Positions 26,893 through 41,048 of a stretch of DNA of 64,000 nucleotides are shown piece by piece; within the stretch, counting starts at the first letter, position 1; each line of letters starts with the position of its first letter. Source of the DNA: Lingula anatina (lineage: Eukaryota > Animalia > Brachiopoda). The translations under genes and the position numbers were made by a program. A model generated the notes under the pieces. The model was not told the origin of the DNA, ran no database searches, and saw nothing but the letters and a program-made list of their open reading frames with translations. The stretch is taken from the NCBI GenBank assembly GCA_051362555.1, contig CM120647.1, forward strand, positions 10,168,001 to 10,232,000. Reading direction: 5' to 3'.

Positions 26893-29800
26893 AAAACAAC
26901 AAGGCAGCAAAGCTGTCAAATGTACAGACAAAAAACAGGAAATAACTATGCACAAAATAGGCTACTGTCAATTCTGATGCAAAAATACATTATGTTAAAC
27001 TGCAAATTCAACATCAAATTTTAATTATCCTCAACAGGTAATACCAATGTAATTAAAATATGTGACAAGTTTACACTTTGAAAATGTATAACTTCCAGAC
27101 TGCTTTTCCAACTCAGACTGCATTTTAGTCCTGTATTTCTTTTTTGAAAGTTTGGCAATCATAAGTAACATGGTTTTCCCATAATGGTCATCATGGCAGC
27201 AGCACCCAAAATTGTGTTTTCTTCTATTCTGATGCAATATTACATAATGGTTAACAGCATAATGACCGTCAATTTTTAATAATAAAATATACGTATCATG
27301 GATTTTCAGAAAATGTGACTAGCATGGGTCTTCAAGCCCGTGGAACTTCAAAGTCACACCTTGAAAATGCCAATATGTGAAAAATTAAATTTTTACAAAA
27401 TAACTGTTTAACTGGCAGTAAGAATTACCAAACAGACTGTATTTCCTACTGAAGCTGTATTTTAGTCCCATGTTTCTTTCCTGTAAGTTTGAGAACAGTA
27501 AATGACATGGTTTTTCTTAAATGGTCATCATGGGAGCAGTGCCCAAAATAGTTTTTTTTTTCAAATTTTGATGCAATATTACATAATGTTTAACAGCATA
27601 ATGACCATCAACTTTAATAATAAAACATTAGTATTACGGATATTCAGAAAATGTGACTAGCAAAGGTCTTCAGGCTCATGGAACTTCAAAGTCACAACTT
27701 GAAAATGCCAAAATGTAAACGAGACAGCACTGTTCTGAAATGTTTTTTTTCCCCATTTTTAACAATTTTTAACATAAAACAAAATTAATAGGTTACTGCC
27801 ATTTTTATAAGTTCAACTAAGAAAATTGATGAGATGTGAAAAATATCAATAGAACAGTGTTAAATGTCCAATTTCTTCCATTCTGAGATTCTGAACATAG
27901 TGAATGATTGAATCTGACAAACTGCAATGATATGGGTTTATTTCCATTTTTGACACTTTATTACACAATACACGATAACAAGTTTACCATCATTTTTACA
28001 TAATCAACTAACAATGTTGTAAAGATGCAGGAAATGTCAAACAAACACTTTTACGTATCTTATTACTTAAATAATAAGGCTATTAACATGCCTAAGAATT
28101 AAATCTGAGGAAATCTGAGGAAATGTGAAAAAACAGCATAACTTCTAAAATAATGCCCCGATTATGCTGATTTTCGAACTCAACCTGCGTTTTAGTAAGA
28201 CTGACCATTCCTGTGAGTTTAATGACAATTGGGCTTTCTATTTTTCTTATATTGTGTTTACAGTGTTGCATATATGCTGAACAATGAAAAAACCGCATAA
28301 CTACTAAAATAGTGGCCCGATCAAGCTGATTTTCGAACTTGACCTGCGTTTTAGTAAGATTGATTACTCCTGTGAGTTTCATGACAACAGACCTAACGGT
28401 TTTCCTTAAAATGTGTTTACAAGGTTGCATATATGCTGAAAAATGAAAAAACAGCATAACTTCTACAATAATGGCCCGATTATGCTGATTTTTGAACTCA
28501 ACCTGCGTTTTAGCAGGAATGACCACTCCTGTGAGTTTAATGACAATTGGCCTATCTGTTTTTTTTATATTGTGTTTACAGTGTTGCATATATGCTGAAA
28601 AGTGAAAAACAAGGCAGCAAAGCTGTCAAATATACAGACAAAAAACAAAAAAAAAAAAGATGCAAAATAGGTCATTATGTCAATTTTGATGCAATAATAA
28701 ATGCTTATAATAGCACAGTCAGTCAACACTGATTTTTAATCATGCACAACAGGTAACATGGTCAATAACAGGAGCAGATTCAGAGATATTTTCTGACAGT
28801 ATTCCAAAGTATCTTTGTTGATCCATCCTCCATTTTGATAGTCTTCCAACAGAAACCCGTTAATATAAACTGTAAAATCTGACTGTCTTCCAGGAGACCC
28901 AGAAGATGGTCTTAATCCACCCTTTCAATAAGATTACAATGTCAGGACCATGAGAGTTAAAATTCACATGATGAAAGTCCCTATATATGAAAAATGATGA
29001 CAGTGCATAAAATAATATTACATCGTGTTTAAAGACATAAATACCAATACAGCTGCTTATGTGGAAATACTGAAAATGTGCACAGCCTCAGGTGGATGGG
29101 AGTTAAAAATCACATCTTAAAAATGCCAGTGTTGGAGAAAAAATTAAATAGAAACAACAAAAATATAATTCTAATGAAGCTGTTATTCACTGCTTCCTTA
29201 TTATGGACACTATGTTATCTAGCAGAGAGCTTAACAGGGAAATATCAACAAGTGTGCTTTATGAAATTTCAATTAATGGCTACTTAATTAGGAAAATGAG
29301 TTTATAGCACTGAAATTAGCCTTGTGAATACCCAAGGGGAATTAACAGACTGACCACACAAATTTGTCTATCAAAGCTCTTCAGGCCCATAAGTCACACC
29401 TTAAGAAAAGCAGAAAACAATAATGCACAAAAACAGGAGACTGCCCAATTCTGATGCAATAATACATTATGTTTAACTGCACAGTCAACATAAAATTTTA
29501 ATTATGCACAACAGGTAACGCTGATGAAAGTAAAAGCATAAGGCTCCAGGCCCATCAGAGTTCAAGTTTTCAATTAGAAAGTGCCAGAATGAGAAAAATG
29601 AAAATTTCACAAAAAATGCATAAATTTAATAAAAATGATGACCCAATTGACCTGGCTTTCTAATTTGAACTGCATGCCAATCCTAAAAATCGTACTTATA
29701 AGTTAAATATAATAATAAGTAACACAGCTTTCTTTTCATAATGTTTGCAGTAGCAGTGCAAAAAGATTATTGTCAATTTTGATGTAACATTACATAATAA

Positions 29801-32800
29801 ATTATAGAATAATTATCACCAATTTTTGATTATTGACTATAAATAGCATGGACATGTAGAAAATTTGATTACCATTAGGCTTCATGTCCATGGGAGCTCT
29901 GAGTCCCACAATGAATATGCCAAAAAGATAATGAATATTTCACTAAGTGTATAACTTCCAGAAAAAGAAGCCAATTAGACTGCTTTTCCAACTCGGGCTG
30001 CATTTTAGTCCTGTGTTTCTTTTTTGAAAGTTTGACAGTAATAAGTAACACCGTTTTCCCATAATGGTCATCATGGCAGCAGCACCAAATATTGTGTTTT
30101 CTTCTATTTTGATGCAACATTACATAATGCTTAACAGTATAATGACCATCAATTTTAAATGATAAAATATACGTGTCATGGATTTTCAGAAAATGTGACT
30201 AGCAAGGGTCTTCAAGCCCGTGGAGGTTCCAAGTCGCACCTTGAAAATGTCAATAAGTGAAAAATTAAATTTTCACAAAAAACTGTTAAATTGCCAGAAA
30301 AATTTACCAAACAGACTGCATTGCCTACTGAGGCTGTATGTTAGACCCATGTTTCTTTCTTGTAAGTTTGAGAACAGCAAGTGACATGTTTTCCCTTAAA
30401 TGGTCATCATAGGAGCAGTGCCCTAAATAGGGGTTTCTTCAAATTTTGATGCAACGTTACATAATGTTTAACAGCATAATAACCATCAAATGTTATTAAT
30501 AAAATATTAGTAACATGGACATTCAGAAAACATGACAAGCAAAGGTCTTCAGGCCCATGGAACTTCAAAGTCACATCTTGAAAATGCCAAAATGTAAACA
30601 AGACAGCACTGTCCTGAAATGGGTTTATTTCCATTTTTAACACTTTTTTAACATAAAACAAAATAAACATTTTACTGCCATTTTTATATGACCAACTAAG
30701 AAAATTGATGAGATGGGAAAAGTATCAATAGAACAGTGTTAAATGTCCAATTTCCTCCATTCTGAGATTCTGAACATAGTGGATGATTGAATCTGACAAA
30801 CTGCAATGATATGAGTTTATTTCCATTTTTGACACTTTATTACACAATACATGATAACAAGTTTACCATGTTTTTTTACATAATCAACTAACAATGTTGT
30901 AAAGATGCAGGAAATATCAAACAAACACTTTTACGCATCTAATTAGTTCAATAATGAGACTGTTAACATGCCTAATAATTGAATCTGAGGAAATGTGAAA
31001 AAACAGTATAACTTCTAAAATAATGGCCCGATTATGCTGATTTTCGAACTCAACCTGCATTTCAGTAAGATTGATCACTCCTGTGAATATAATGCCAATT
31101 GGCCAATCCGTTTTTCTTATATTGTGTTATCAGTGTTGCATTTATATTGAAAAGTGAAAAAACAGCATAAATTTCCTAAAAATGGCCCAATCATGCTGAT
31201 TTTCGAACTTGACCTGCGTATTAAGAATTTTCATCAGTTCTGTAAGTTTCAAGCCAAAAGGTACAATGGTTTTCCACTTATCGTGTTATCGGTGCTGCAT
31301 ATATGTTGAAAAAGTGAAAAAACAGCATAAATTCCCTAAGAGTGACCCGATCATGCTGATTTTCGAACTTGACCTGCGTATTATGAATATTCATCAGTTC
31401 TGCAAGTTTCAAATCAAAAGGCAAAATGGTTTTCCACTTATCGTGTTATCGGTAAAAGTGCACGGCGACGGCGACGACAGACGCAGATGATGGCTATATG
31501 TACAGACACATCTGTGTCTGTACATAAAAAGCATAACTACTAAAATAGTGGCCCGATCATGCTGATTTTTGAACTTGACCTGTGTTATAGTAAGATCGAT
31601 TACTCCTGTGAGTTTCATGACAAAAAGCTTATCGGTTTTCCTTGAAATGTGTTTACAGTGTTGCATATATGCTGAAAAGTGAAAAAACAGCATAACTTTT
31701 ACATTAATGGCCCGATCATGCTGATTTTCGAACTTGACCTGCATTTTATGAATATTCATCAGCTCTGTAAATATACAGCCAAAAAGTAAAACTGCCTTCC
31801 AATTATCGTGTTTACAATGAAAGTGCATGGCACCGGCGACAGCAACAGTGACGGCAACGACGGCGACGACAGACGCAGGTGATGGCAATATGTACAGACA
31901 CATCTGTACATATTAACTGTACTGTTTGAGAACAGTAAGTGACATGGTTTTTCTTAAATGGTCATCATGGGAGCAGTGCCCAAAATAGTTTTTTTTTTTC
32001 AAATTTTGATGCAATATTACATAATGTTTAACAGCATAATGATCATCAATTTTTAATTATAAAATATTAGTATCATGGACAAATAGTAAACGCGACTAAC
32101 AAAGGTTTTTAGGCCAATGGAACTTCAAAGTCACGCCTTAAAAATGCCAAAATGTAAACAAGACTGCACTGTTCTGAAATGGGTTTATTTCCATTTTTAA
32201 CACTTTTTTAACATAAAACAAAATTAATAGGTTACTGCCATTTTTATAAGTTCAACTAAGAAAATTGATGAGATGTGAAAAATATCAATAGAACAGTGTT
32301 AAATGTCCAATTTCTTCCATTCTGAGATTCTGAACATAGTGAATGATTGAATCTGACAAACTGCAATGATATGAGTTTATTTCCATTTTTGACACTTTAT
32401 TACACAATACACGATAACAAGTTTACCATCATTTTTACATAATCAACTAACAATGTTGTAAAGATGCAGGAAATGTCAAACAAACACTTTTACGTATCTT
32501 ATTACTTAAATAATAAGGCTATTAACATGCCTAAGAATTAAATCTGAGGAAATGTGAAAAAACAGCATAACTTCTAAAATAATGCCCCGATTATGCTGAT
32601 TTTCGAACTCAACCTGCGTTTTAGTAAGACTGACCATTCCTGTGAGTTTAATGACAATTGGGCTTTCTATTTTTCTTATATTGTGTTTACAGTGTTGCAT
32701 ATATGCTGAACAATGAAAAAACCGCATAACTACTAAAATAGTGGCCCGATCAAGCTGATTTTCGAACTTGACCTGCGTTTTAGTAAGATTGATTACTCCT

Positions 32801-33468
32801 GTGAGTTTCATGACAACAGACCTAACGGTTTTCCTTAAAATGTGTTTACAAGGTTGCATATATGCTGAAAAATGAAAAAACAGCATAACTTCTACAATAA
32901 TGGCCCGATCATGCTGATTTTCGAACTTGACCTGCGTTTTATGAATATTCATCAGCTCTGTAAATATAAAGCCAAAAAGTAAAACTGCCTTCCACTTATC
33001 GTGTTTACAAGGAAAGTGCACGGCAACGGCGACGACAGACGCAGGTGATGGCAATATGTACAGACACATCTGTGTCTGTACATAAAAACATTGAGGCTCC
33101 CCCTTCAAGAAATCGACACTCAACAAATGAACAAAAACCGAAAGTACATGCTTATTCACCATTTTCCTGGCATGCCTAGCGCAAAGACCCATCACCATGT
33201 TATATGAAGCGTCTGATACAAAGGATCAAATGTGGCATTCACATGCTTGTAAAGTTTACGAGACAAATAATGAACCATGTGTGGTCATTCAAGTTCAATC
33301 TTGATGATTTTCTAACTTGACCCACGTTTTATGAATATTCATCAGATCTGTAAATATAAAGCCAAAACTGTCTTCCACTTAGTGTTTACGCTGAAAGTGC
33401 ACGGCGATGGCGGCGACAACAGACACAGGTGACGGCAATATGTACAGACACATGTCTGTACATAAAAA
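26893..33468 (-). mobile_element. Cluster of head-to-tail or nested Helentron-type family A copies inside a PTP intron
   Basis: Family A 3'-end motif (AACAAGGCAGCAAAGCTGTCAAA) at ~26898 and ~28608. 5'-end hairpins at ~31498-31525, ~31889 (partial), ~33056-33083 and ~33440-33463. Confidence 0.8.
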
Positions 33469-33664
33469 GGTTTTACTAAAATGTCCAAAAATATGTAAAC
33501 AGCTACAGGGGTCAGCAGGTGCAAAGATGTTGTAAAAAAAGGAACATTAAAAACCCAAGTAAATGTGACAGTTCAAGCCAATTTGCATTGGATAATAAAG
33601 AGTCGGAACATATTCTGAAATCTTACCAGGGCAACAACAGAGCATCCAGCAAAATCAACCTTTC

Positions 33665-33749
33665 CTCATATTATTCAAAATATCCAAACTCAATGTCTTT
33701 AGACACCATCTTCACAAAGTCAGGAAATTCTTCACGTCTCACCAAGTGA
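33665..33749 (-). pseudogene. PTP pseudo-exon: wedge region
   Basis: ttacag|(S)HLVRREEFPDFVKMVSKDIEFGYFE*YE, matching the R3 'SRPIK..DF..HY..MS.DSDF.FSEEFE' pattern. The donor appears mutated (gaaagg). Confidence 0.75.
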
Positions 33750-33813
33750 CTGTAATGTAAAAGTGAGACATAACATGTTTGATACCCATGTCTTGTTTAA
33801 TACAGAAAAGATT

Positions 33814-33974
33814 CAGGGGTGGATCCAGAGATATTTTCCGACTTTCTTCCAAATTATCTTTGTTCATCAATCCTCCATTTTTACCATCTTTCAACAGGAG
33901 AAAATGTTATGTCCGTCAATTCAAGCTTTAAAAATTCTGACCGTCTTCCAGAGGAGGGCTTCCATCCACCCCTG
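33814..33974. mobile_element. ~165-bp MITE, family E, with a 5-bp TSD
   Basis: CAGGGGTGGAT...ATCCACCCCTG with TSD AGATT. Relatives at 51802-51969, ~28769-28926 and ~36343-36510. Confidence 0.85.
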
Positions 33975-34210
33975 AGATTGGATAGTCATGCTATCCTTTG
34001 TCAAGTACACCCCGTGTTTATTTCAAAGAAGAGTCTCTGGATGTGTCTTACACAGAAGATTAGCAACTTTTTTGAAATTTAATCTGATAAAGTTCCATGA
34101 CATTATCATTTGCCAAAACTTCCCATAGGTAACAGGTTAAGCCTGAACAAATATAGTATGAATGCTAAATGAAAAAAAAAAATCAGTTCACACAGAGGTT
34201 TTTAATATAC

Positions 34211-34367
34211 CTAGCTTTCTCAGCAGATCGTTTTCCACAATGGGACATTCTGCATAAGCTATGTCTCAGGGCAGACATTGATAATTTAGAACTTCCAGTC
34301 ATTTCATCCTCATCCTTTTCTTTGCAGACACTACTGGCATTTGAGGAGTCTGTTTGATTGTGTGAAC
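34211..34367 (-). pseudogene. Probable PTP cytoplasmic juxtamembrane exon
   Basis: Bounded by tag and gtat, open frame SHNQTDSSNASSVCKEKDEDEMTGSSKLSMSALRHSLCRMSHCGKRSAEKA. Its phase-2 end joins the wedge exon in frame. Confidence 0.55.
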
Positions 34368-34931
34368 CTATTCAAAAATATAAAGATGATTTTCACCTCT
34401 AACTCAAGTTCTTTTATCATGAAAATGGCTTATAAATCATACTTAATTGCATACTTCAGTTAATATACTGACAGATGTGTCAATATTATTTTCAATTCTT
34501 TTTGGAAAACATGTTCTCACAGGTCTTCTACAATAAATTGTATAAAATAAGAATGCATGCAGTGAATGAAAGCAGTTTTCAATGCACCAACAGGGAGGTA
34601 GCACATTCTACATCACAATTCATTTATGACTAGCAAAACTACATTCCCTGAAAATGTCCATAAAAAGGTATTTATATGAAGAAAAAGACACTTAACATTC
34701 AATATATACAAGGATAAATATTAAAAAACCCTATCATTATCTCTTTGGAAATCAGATAAACCAAGAGTTATCACACGTGATGTAATACCATTTAAATTTT
34801 CAATTTTAAATAGTATAAATCTATACATGAAAATAAAAGCAACTTAAAGCTATATATATGTTCACCATCTTTCCCTCTCTCTCTAAATTATGCAACATGT
34901 ACACATGAGTACATTCACAATCTTAGTGTAC

Positions 34932-35423
34932 TTGTAGCAATAACTTTCGAAAAAGGGAATATCTGCATAAAGCCCATTTTCTGTCTTAGCTCGAAGACTA
35001 TACCTGTAGTGTGTGTTTGGTTTCAGTGGTCCATTACAACATGTATTAGCTGGTAAACTGTTACAGTTATCTGTTCCTATTTCAACCTGTACAACTCTTG
35101 ACTCAGATGTGGTGGCATGTTTCACTATTGTCTTTTTGATATTTAAACATACATTATTGCTTGTTGCAACAAACAATTCACACGACCCAAATGCTTCATT
35201 TGCCACTGGAGGTGTATTGAGCTTCTTTCCAAGTTGGGAGATCTGCTCCAACTACAATAACAGAATCACTGTTAGAGGATGTCTCAACAACAATGTAACT
35301 AATGATTTCTCCATTTTGCTCTGAGAAAACATTCTACCATTAAAGATGTAGTCTGTGGTTCCTCTTGATCTGGATTTCTTGGAGTCCTCTGGATTTCTGG
35401 CACTGTTTCATCAAATGCTGGAG
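34932..35423 (-). pseudogene. PTP pseudo-exon: membrane-proximal FN3-like domain of R3 RPTPs
   Basis: APAFDE... /FSEQNGEIISYIVVE...LPTWKEAQ/ ...EIGTDNCNSLPANTCCNGPLKPNTHYRYSLRAKTENGLYADIPF/SKVIAT. Three frameshifts are needed. Confidence 0.85.
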
Positions 35424-36179
35424 CTGGCAAAATAAATTCAAATTTCAATTGAGTCCATTAGCAGTTATGAAAAAATACATGTCCCTAACAAGAAATGGAG
35501 CATTATATTTGTGTCAAATGATACCATTACATTAGATAAGATTCTGGAACATAATATCCACTAGTGTTTAATGGTTGAAAAAGGGGTCATTTAATGACAT
35601 TTCTTTTTGTCAAAAACTCCACATTAACTGCCTTACATACATTCTTTTGGATAACAGATAAATCTTCAGTGTTAAGTGACTAAATTAATCAACATTTTCA
35701 CACATCATTTTATGGGAAATGTCATCATTGTGATTTTGGAGTAAAAACTGTATTGGTTTCTCAAATTTCTCCTTTACCTGAGCACCCATGAACACTGTTT
35801 TAATGCCAATTTAATGACACTACTTAGTACTCCAAAATCCTACCAGCGATTTTTCTAAGAAGCCTTAGTTCAGATTTTATTTGATAAAACAAATTAATGC
35901 CTCCGTTTCATAAAAATCTGTAATAAGGGGCTCATTACTCAATAAAAATAAAACATTTGAACAAAAATGATGGCACGGGATTGTAGCCTATACAATTTTG
36001 GTCAACTCTGCCAATATTAGTGAAAAAATTCTTGTCCAGGAATGAAGTAACCCCATACAGATTGATATCTCACCACAAAATAGAAAGGTGTTTAACTGAC
36101 AAAGCTTCGAGTTGCCTATACTTATACATTGCAACGAGAAATATACACTGAAATTTTATATTTTTGTGATTTTTATTCT

Positions 36180-39100
36180 TAACAAGGCAGCAAAACTGTC
36201 AAATGTACAGACAAAAAACAGAAAATAAAGATGCAAAATAGGTCATTTTGTCAATTTTGATGCAATAATAAATAATGCTTATAATAGCACTGTCAGTCAA
36301 CACGGAATTTTAATCATGCACAACAGGTACCATGGTCAATAACAGGAGCGAACCCAGAGATATTTTCTGACAGTATTCCAAAGTATCTATGTTGATCCAT
36401 CCCCCATTTTTATGGTCTTCCAACAGAAAAAAATAGATACCAGTCAATATAAACTTAATAACCTGACCGTCTTCCGGAAGACCCATTCGATGGTCTCAAT
36501 CCACCCCTTCAATAGGATCACAGTTTCAGGACCATGAGAGTTTAAATTCACATGATGAAAGTCTCAATTTTTGAAAAATGATGACAGTGCATAAAATAAT
36601 ATTACATAATGTTTAAAGACATAAAATACAATACAACTGCTAATGTGGAAATACAGAAAATAAGCAGACCCTCAGGCGGATGAGAGTTAGAAGTCACAAA
36701 TGCCAGTGTTTGAAAATTAAAAAGGAAAACATAACAAAACTAGAAAAGCACTCTGAGAGCGCAGACTGCCAAAACAGCAATTGTTGATTATTATTGCTTA
36801 TTGATTGATTATTGATCCGGACCACTACCAAAAACTAATCATTGTCCTCCTTGCCCACTTCGGACAGTTCCTGAAAATTTCATCAAAATCGGTCCGTAAC
36901 TTTTTGAGTTATGTTGAGGACAGACAGGGGTGAAAACATAACCTCCTTGGCAGAGGTAAATATAATTCCAATGAAGCTGCTATTCAAACTTTTAATCTTT
37001 GAGTTTATATATATATAACTTATTTGCTTATCACTGCTTCCTTATTATTAATCTAGCGGAGAGCTTAACCTTTGGGAGTTTACAGGGAAATATCAACAAG
37101 TGTGCTTTATGTAATCTCATTTAAAGACCTACTAATTAAGCAAATGACTTTATAACTCTGAAATTAGCTAAGTGATACCCAAGGGAAATTTACAGACTGA
37201 CCCTCTCAAAGGTCTTTCAGGCCCATAAGTCACATCTTAAGAAGAGCACAAAACAATAATGTACAAAATAGGAGACTACCAATTCTGATGCAATAATACA
37301 TTATGTTTAACTGCACAGTCAATATCAAATTTTAATTATGCACACCAGGTAACACCGACGAAAGTAAAAGCATAAGGCTTCACGCCCATCAGAGTTCAAG
37401 TTTATACTTTTAAAGTGCCAGAATGAGAAAAATGAAAATTTCACACAAAATTGCATAAATTCAATAATAAAAGAATTGACCTGGCTTTCTAATTTGAACT
37501 GCATGCCAATCCTAAAAATCATACTTGTATGTTAAAAATAATAATAAGTAACACAATTTTCTTTTCATAATGTTTGCAGTAGCAGTGCAAAAAGATTTTT
37601 GTCAATTTTGATGTAACATTACATAATAAATTATAGAATAATTATCAACAAATTTTTGATTATTGTCCATAAGGCCACCCTTTTTTATTTCATCCTGCGC
37701 GCGCACCGATTTTCGTCCGTTCTCCAAAAAAAAAAAATCCCCCCCCTCCCCCCAAGGAGGTCGGTTGTCGCAAACGTCGTTATTGAATTTTCCGGAAAAT
37801 GCAATCGGCAATCCTCGGCTAATTCCGCAAGCTCCATACTGTCATTGTCGACTGCGGAGACATCCGAGTAGTTCCAAGTGCGGAAAATGAGCTTTCTGCG
37901 CATGTGTATTATCACCACATGGAAATATGGCCGCTTTGCCGTCAAATTCATCTCTGGCATTAATTTCAAAATACACGACAATTAAAGTCATAAAGAGAAC
38001 GGGGGCCATCGTTTTGGATTGGTTTGCCATTGATATTGGACATGGAGATATCACCCTTTTACAATTATACGAAAGGCTGGCCGCGGCCAGCGATCATCGC
38101 CCGGAAAATTTCAGTGACATTCTGTCCAAAGCAGCACATACCAGGTTTTTTTTGTAGCGAAAAAAGGGTCGACAAGAGCGTCGTGGTATTTGGTGGACTG
38201 AAGACCGGACAGGTGAGTCGAAGTAGACAAAATGGCATCGACCAAAATGACCTTTTTTAGATTTGGTAGTACTGTAGGAAGCATAGGCCTATCTTTGCTT
38301 CATTTTTTTAACAATTCTGTGAAGTGTTTACAATGCTTTAATTTTCTGAGAGTACAAATAAAGACACGCTGTTTATTTGATATTTGTTTTATTGATTTCT
38401 ATACCAACAGAATGCATGAAATAACCTTAAATAGATTTGGTAATATGCAGCATATATGTTCATGATTTTTTACCTTTCTACGAAGTAGGCCCTATTCACA
38501 ATGCTTTAATATTTTGAGAGCATGGATAAAGACATATTGTTAATTTGATACGTGTTTCTGTGGTAAATTAGTGTTTCCAGCTGTGTACTGAAAACATAAC
38601 TTTTCTTAAGCAGTTTTTTTTTTTTTTTGGACTGTTTTTTTTTTTTTTCGCCCGCTCGCACCGATTTTGGGGTCCCCAGAGGATGTCATCCATAAAAATA
38701 AAAAAGTGTGGCCTAAATAGCGAGGACATGTAGAAAATTTGATTACCATTCGGCTTCATGTCCATGGGAGTTCTGAGTCCCACAATGAATATGCCAAAAA
38801 GATAATAATGAATATTTCACTAAAATGTAAAACTTCTGGAAAAAGAAACTTATTAGACTGCTTTTCCAACTCAGGCTGCATTTTAGTCCTGTGTTTCTTT
38901 TTTGAAAGTTTGATGGTCATAAGTAACATGGTTTTCCCATAATGGTCATCATGGCAGCAACACCAAAATTGTGTATTCTTCTATTTTGATGCAACATTAC
39001 ATAATGGTTAACAGCATAATGACCATCAATTTTTAATAATAACATATATGTGTCATGGATATTTACAAAATGTGACTAGCAAAGGTCTTCAAGCCAGTGG

Positions 39101-39811
39101 AGGTTCTAAGTCACACCTTGAAAATGCCAATAAGTGAAAAATTAAATTTTCACAAAAAACTATTTAATTGCCAGAAAAATTTACCAAACAGACTGCATTG
39201 CCTACTGAAGCTATATTTTAGTCCCATGTTTCTTTCCTGTAAGTATGAGAACAGTGAGTGACATGATTTTCCTTAAATGGTCATCATGGGAGCAGTACCC
39301 AAAATAAGTTTCTTCAAATTTTGATGCAATATTACATAATGTTTAACAGCATAATGACCATCAATTTTTAATAATAAAATATTAGTATCATGGACATTCA
39401 GAAAATGTGACTAGCAAAGGTCTTCAGGACCATGGAACTTCAAAGTCACATCTTGAAAATGCCAAAATGTAAACAAGACAGCACTTTCCTAAAATGGGTT
39501 TATTTCCATTTTTAACACTTTTTTTTAACATAAAACAAAATTATCAGTTTACTGCCATTTTTATATGACCAACTAAGAAAATTGATGAGATGGGAAAATA
39601 TCAATAGAACAGTGTTAAATGTCCAATTTCCTCCATTCTGAGATTCTGAAGATAGTAGATGATTGAATCTTACAAACTGCAATGATATGAGTTTATTTCC
39701 ATTTTTGACACTTTATAACATAATACATGATAACAAGGTTACCATCATCATACCGACGACAGACTCAGGTGATGGCTATATGTACAGACACATCATTGTC
39801 TGTACATAAAA
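36180..39811 (-). mobile_element. Helentron-type family A copy carrying three nested elements
   Basis: Both termini present (AACAAGGCAGCAAAACTGTC at 36181; hairpin ending TGTACATAAAA at 39811). Nested family E MITE, family C element and the TAA-TSD element at 37673-38713. Confidence 0.8.
37673..38713. mobile_element. Non-autonomous TIR element with a TAA TSD (PIF/Harbinger- or Zator-like)
   Basis: TIR GGCCACCCTTTTTTATTT / AAATAAAAAAGTGTGGCC with TAA duplicated. The empty site GACTATAAATAG is seen in other A copies (~1167, ~29836). Confidence 0.88.
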
Positions 39812-39972
39812 ATCAACAGAAAGATAGATGCAGGAAAAAAACTCATTTCCGGCATCTCAATGATAATAAAGGGTTACAATATCCTTAAACTGGAACAAAA
39901 TTCTGTGCATCATTTAACAAACAGAACATTGATAAAAGTAAACAGTTGAGATAAAAAAAAAATTTCTCTTAC

Positions 39973-41048
39973 CCAAAACTGATATATATAATCACTCTGG
40001 TCCATAGTCTACACTTGTCTTTGCATGGATCTGTAAGCAAATATGACAAAACACTAGTTAATATATTTAATAAGATAAGGGCAAACAAGCTGTTTCAAAG
40101 TAATTTAAAAATTCCTGAATTCACATTTTATAAAGTTAAAATTTTGATGAAAGGGTTGGGGGTTCAACCTCAAAATTCTGACAAATTAATGTCTTCATCA
40201 AGGAATAATCACTGAATTTCTAAATCATTAAATGTTTGTCATACTATCTTTCTCACATATGATAAATAAGCAAAACTGATTTGAATCAACTTCAACCCAT
40301 GCCCCTTTAATGTAACCTTCAGAAATGACACAAGAAGCACTTAACTATGTTTTTTTTTTCTGAGCAACTTAACCAAACCTTAAAGGTACATGTATAACCT
40401 GCCTGCAGTTAAGAGATGGTTGTTGTACGAATAATAGATGATTGTGGTACGAACCGATGTGTTGGTTATGCTCACATTCTGCATGGCAGTCTGCAGGAAA
40501 AATAGATTCATCTTAAATAATCATCACTATCAGATGTCTATATTATTTGTCAAACTTTGTTTTTTGTTTGTTATTCGCATTCAGTTTTAAGCTGTGCTGT
40601 CTTCGAAAATAGTAATTCACTCTGCGTGCACCTATTACTACTAATACCCCCTTACAGCTTTTAGAAGGCAGGACAGACATTTAAGCTGGTTAAGCTTACA
40701 GCAATCTAGTGAGACTCCCCAGGGGCACAGATCGATTTAAATATGTCTCTAAGTATGGTAAAGGGCAACATATACTACAATGACATAAAAAATGCACAAA
40801 GATACCATTTCTATTATGTTAAAATATCACATTTACTACTATATATGATTTTGCAAAGCAACTAAAAGACTACAAAAAAATTATTCAGTATCTGCAAATT
40901 AGTGCACTCACATTCTTAACTCCCGCATAACTGATGAGGTACTCTTGTAGTATGCCATTAGGATTTGTAGGCATATCCCATCTCAAAGCAACTTCATAAG
41001 GCTTGAGTAAAACAGGGACAACCTCAAAATTAAGTACTGCACTTGGCA
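39973..41048 (-). pseudogene. Three PTP pseudo-exons encoding one fibronectin type III repeat
   Basis: VPSAVLNFEVVPVLLKPYEVALRWDMPTNPNGILQEYLISYAGVKN | TAMQNVSITNTS.../RTTTIS*LQAGYTCTFK | IHAKTSVDYGPE*LYISVL. All three have AG/GT boundaries. Confidence 0.85.

Noticed and set aside
28092-33198. Long repetitive ORFs (165, 164 and 230 aa, TQVKFENQHDRA repeats)
   Set aside because: They are translations of ~159-161-bp satellite units of family A, and the frames are not preserved among copies.
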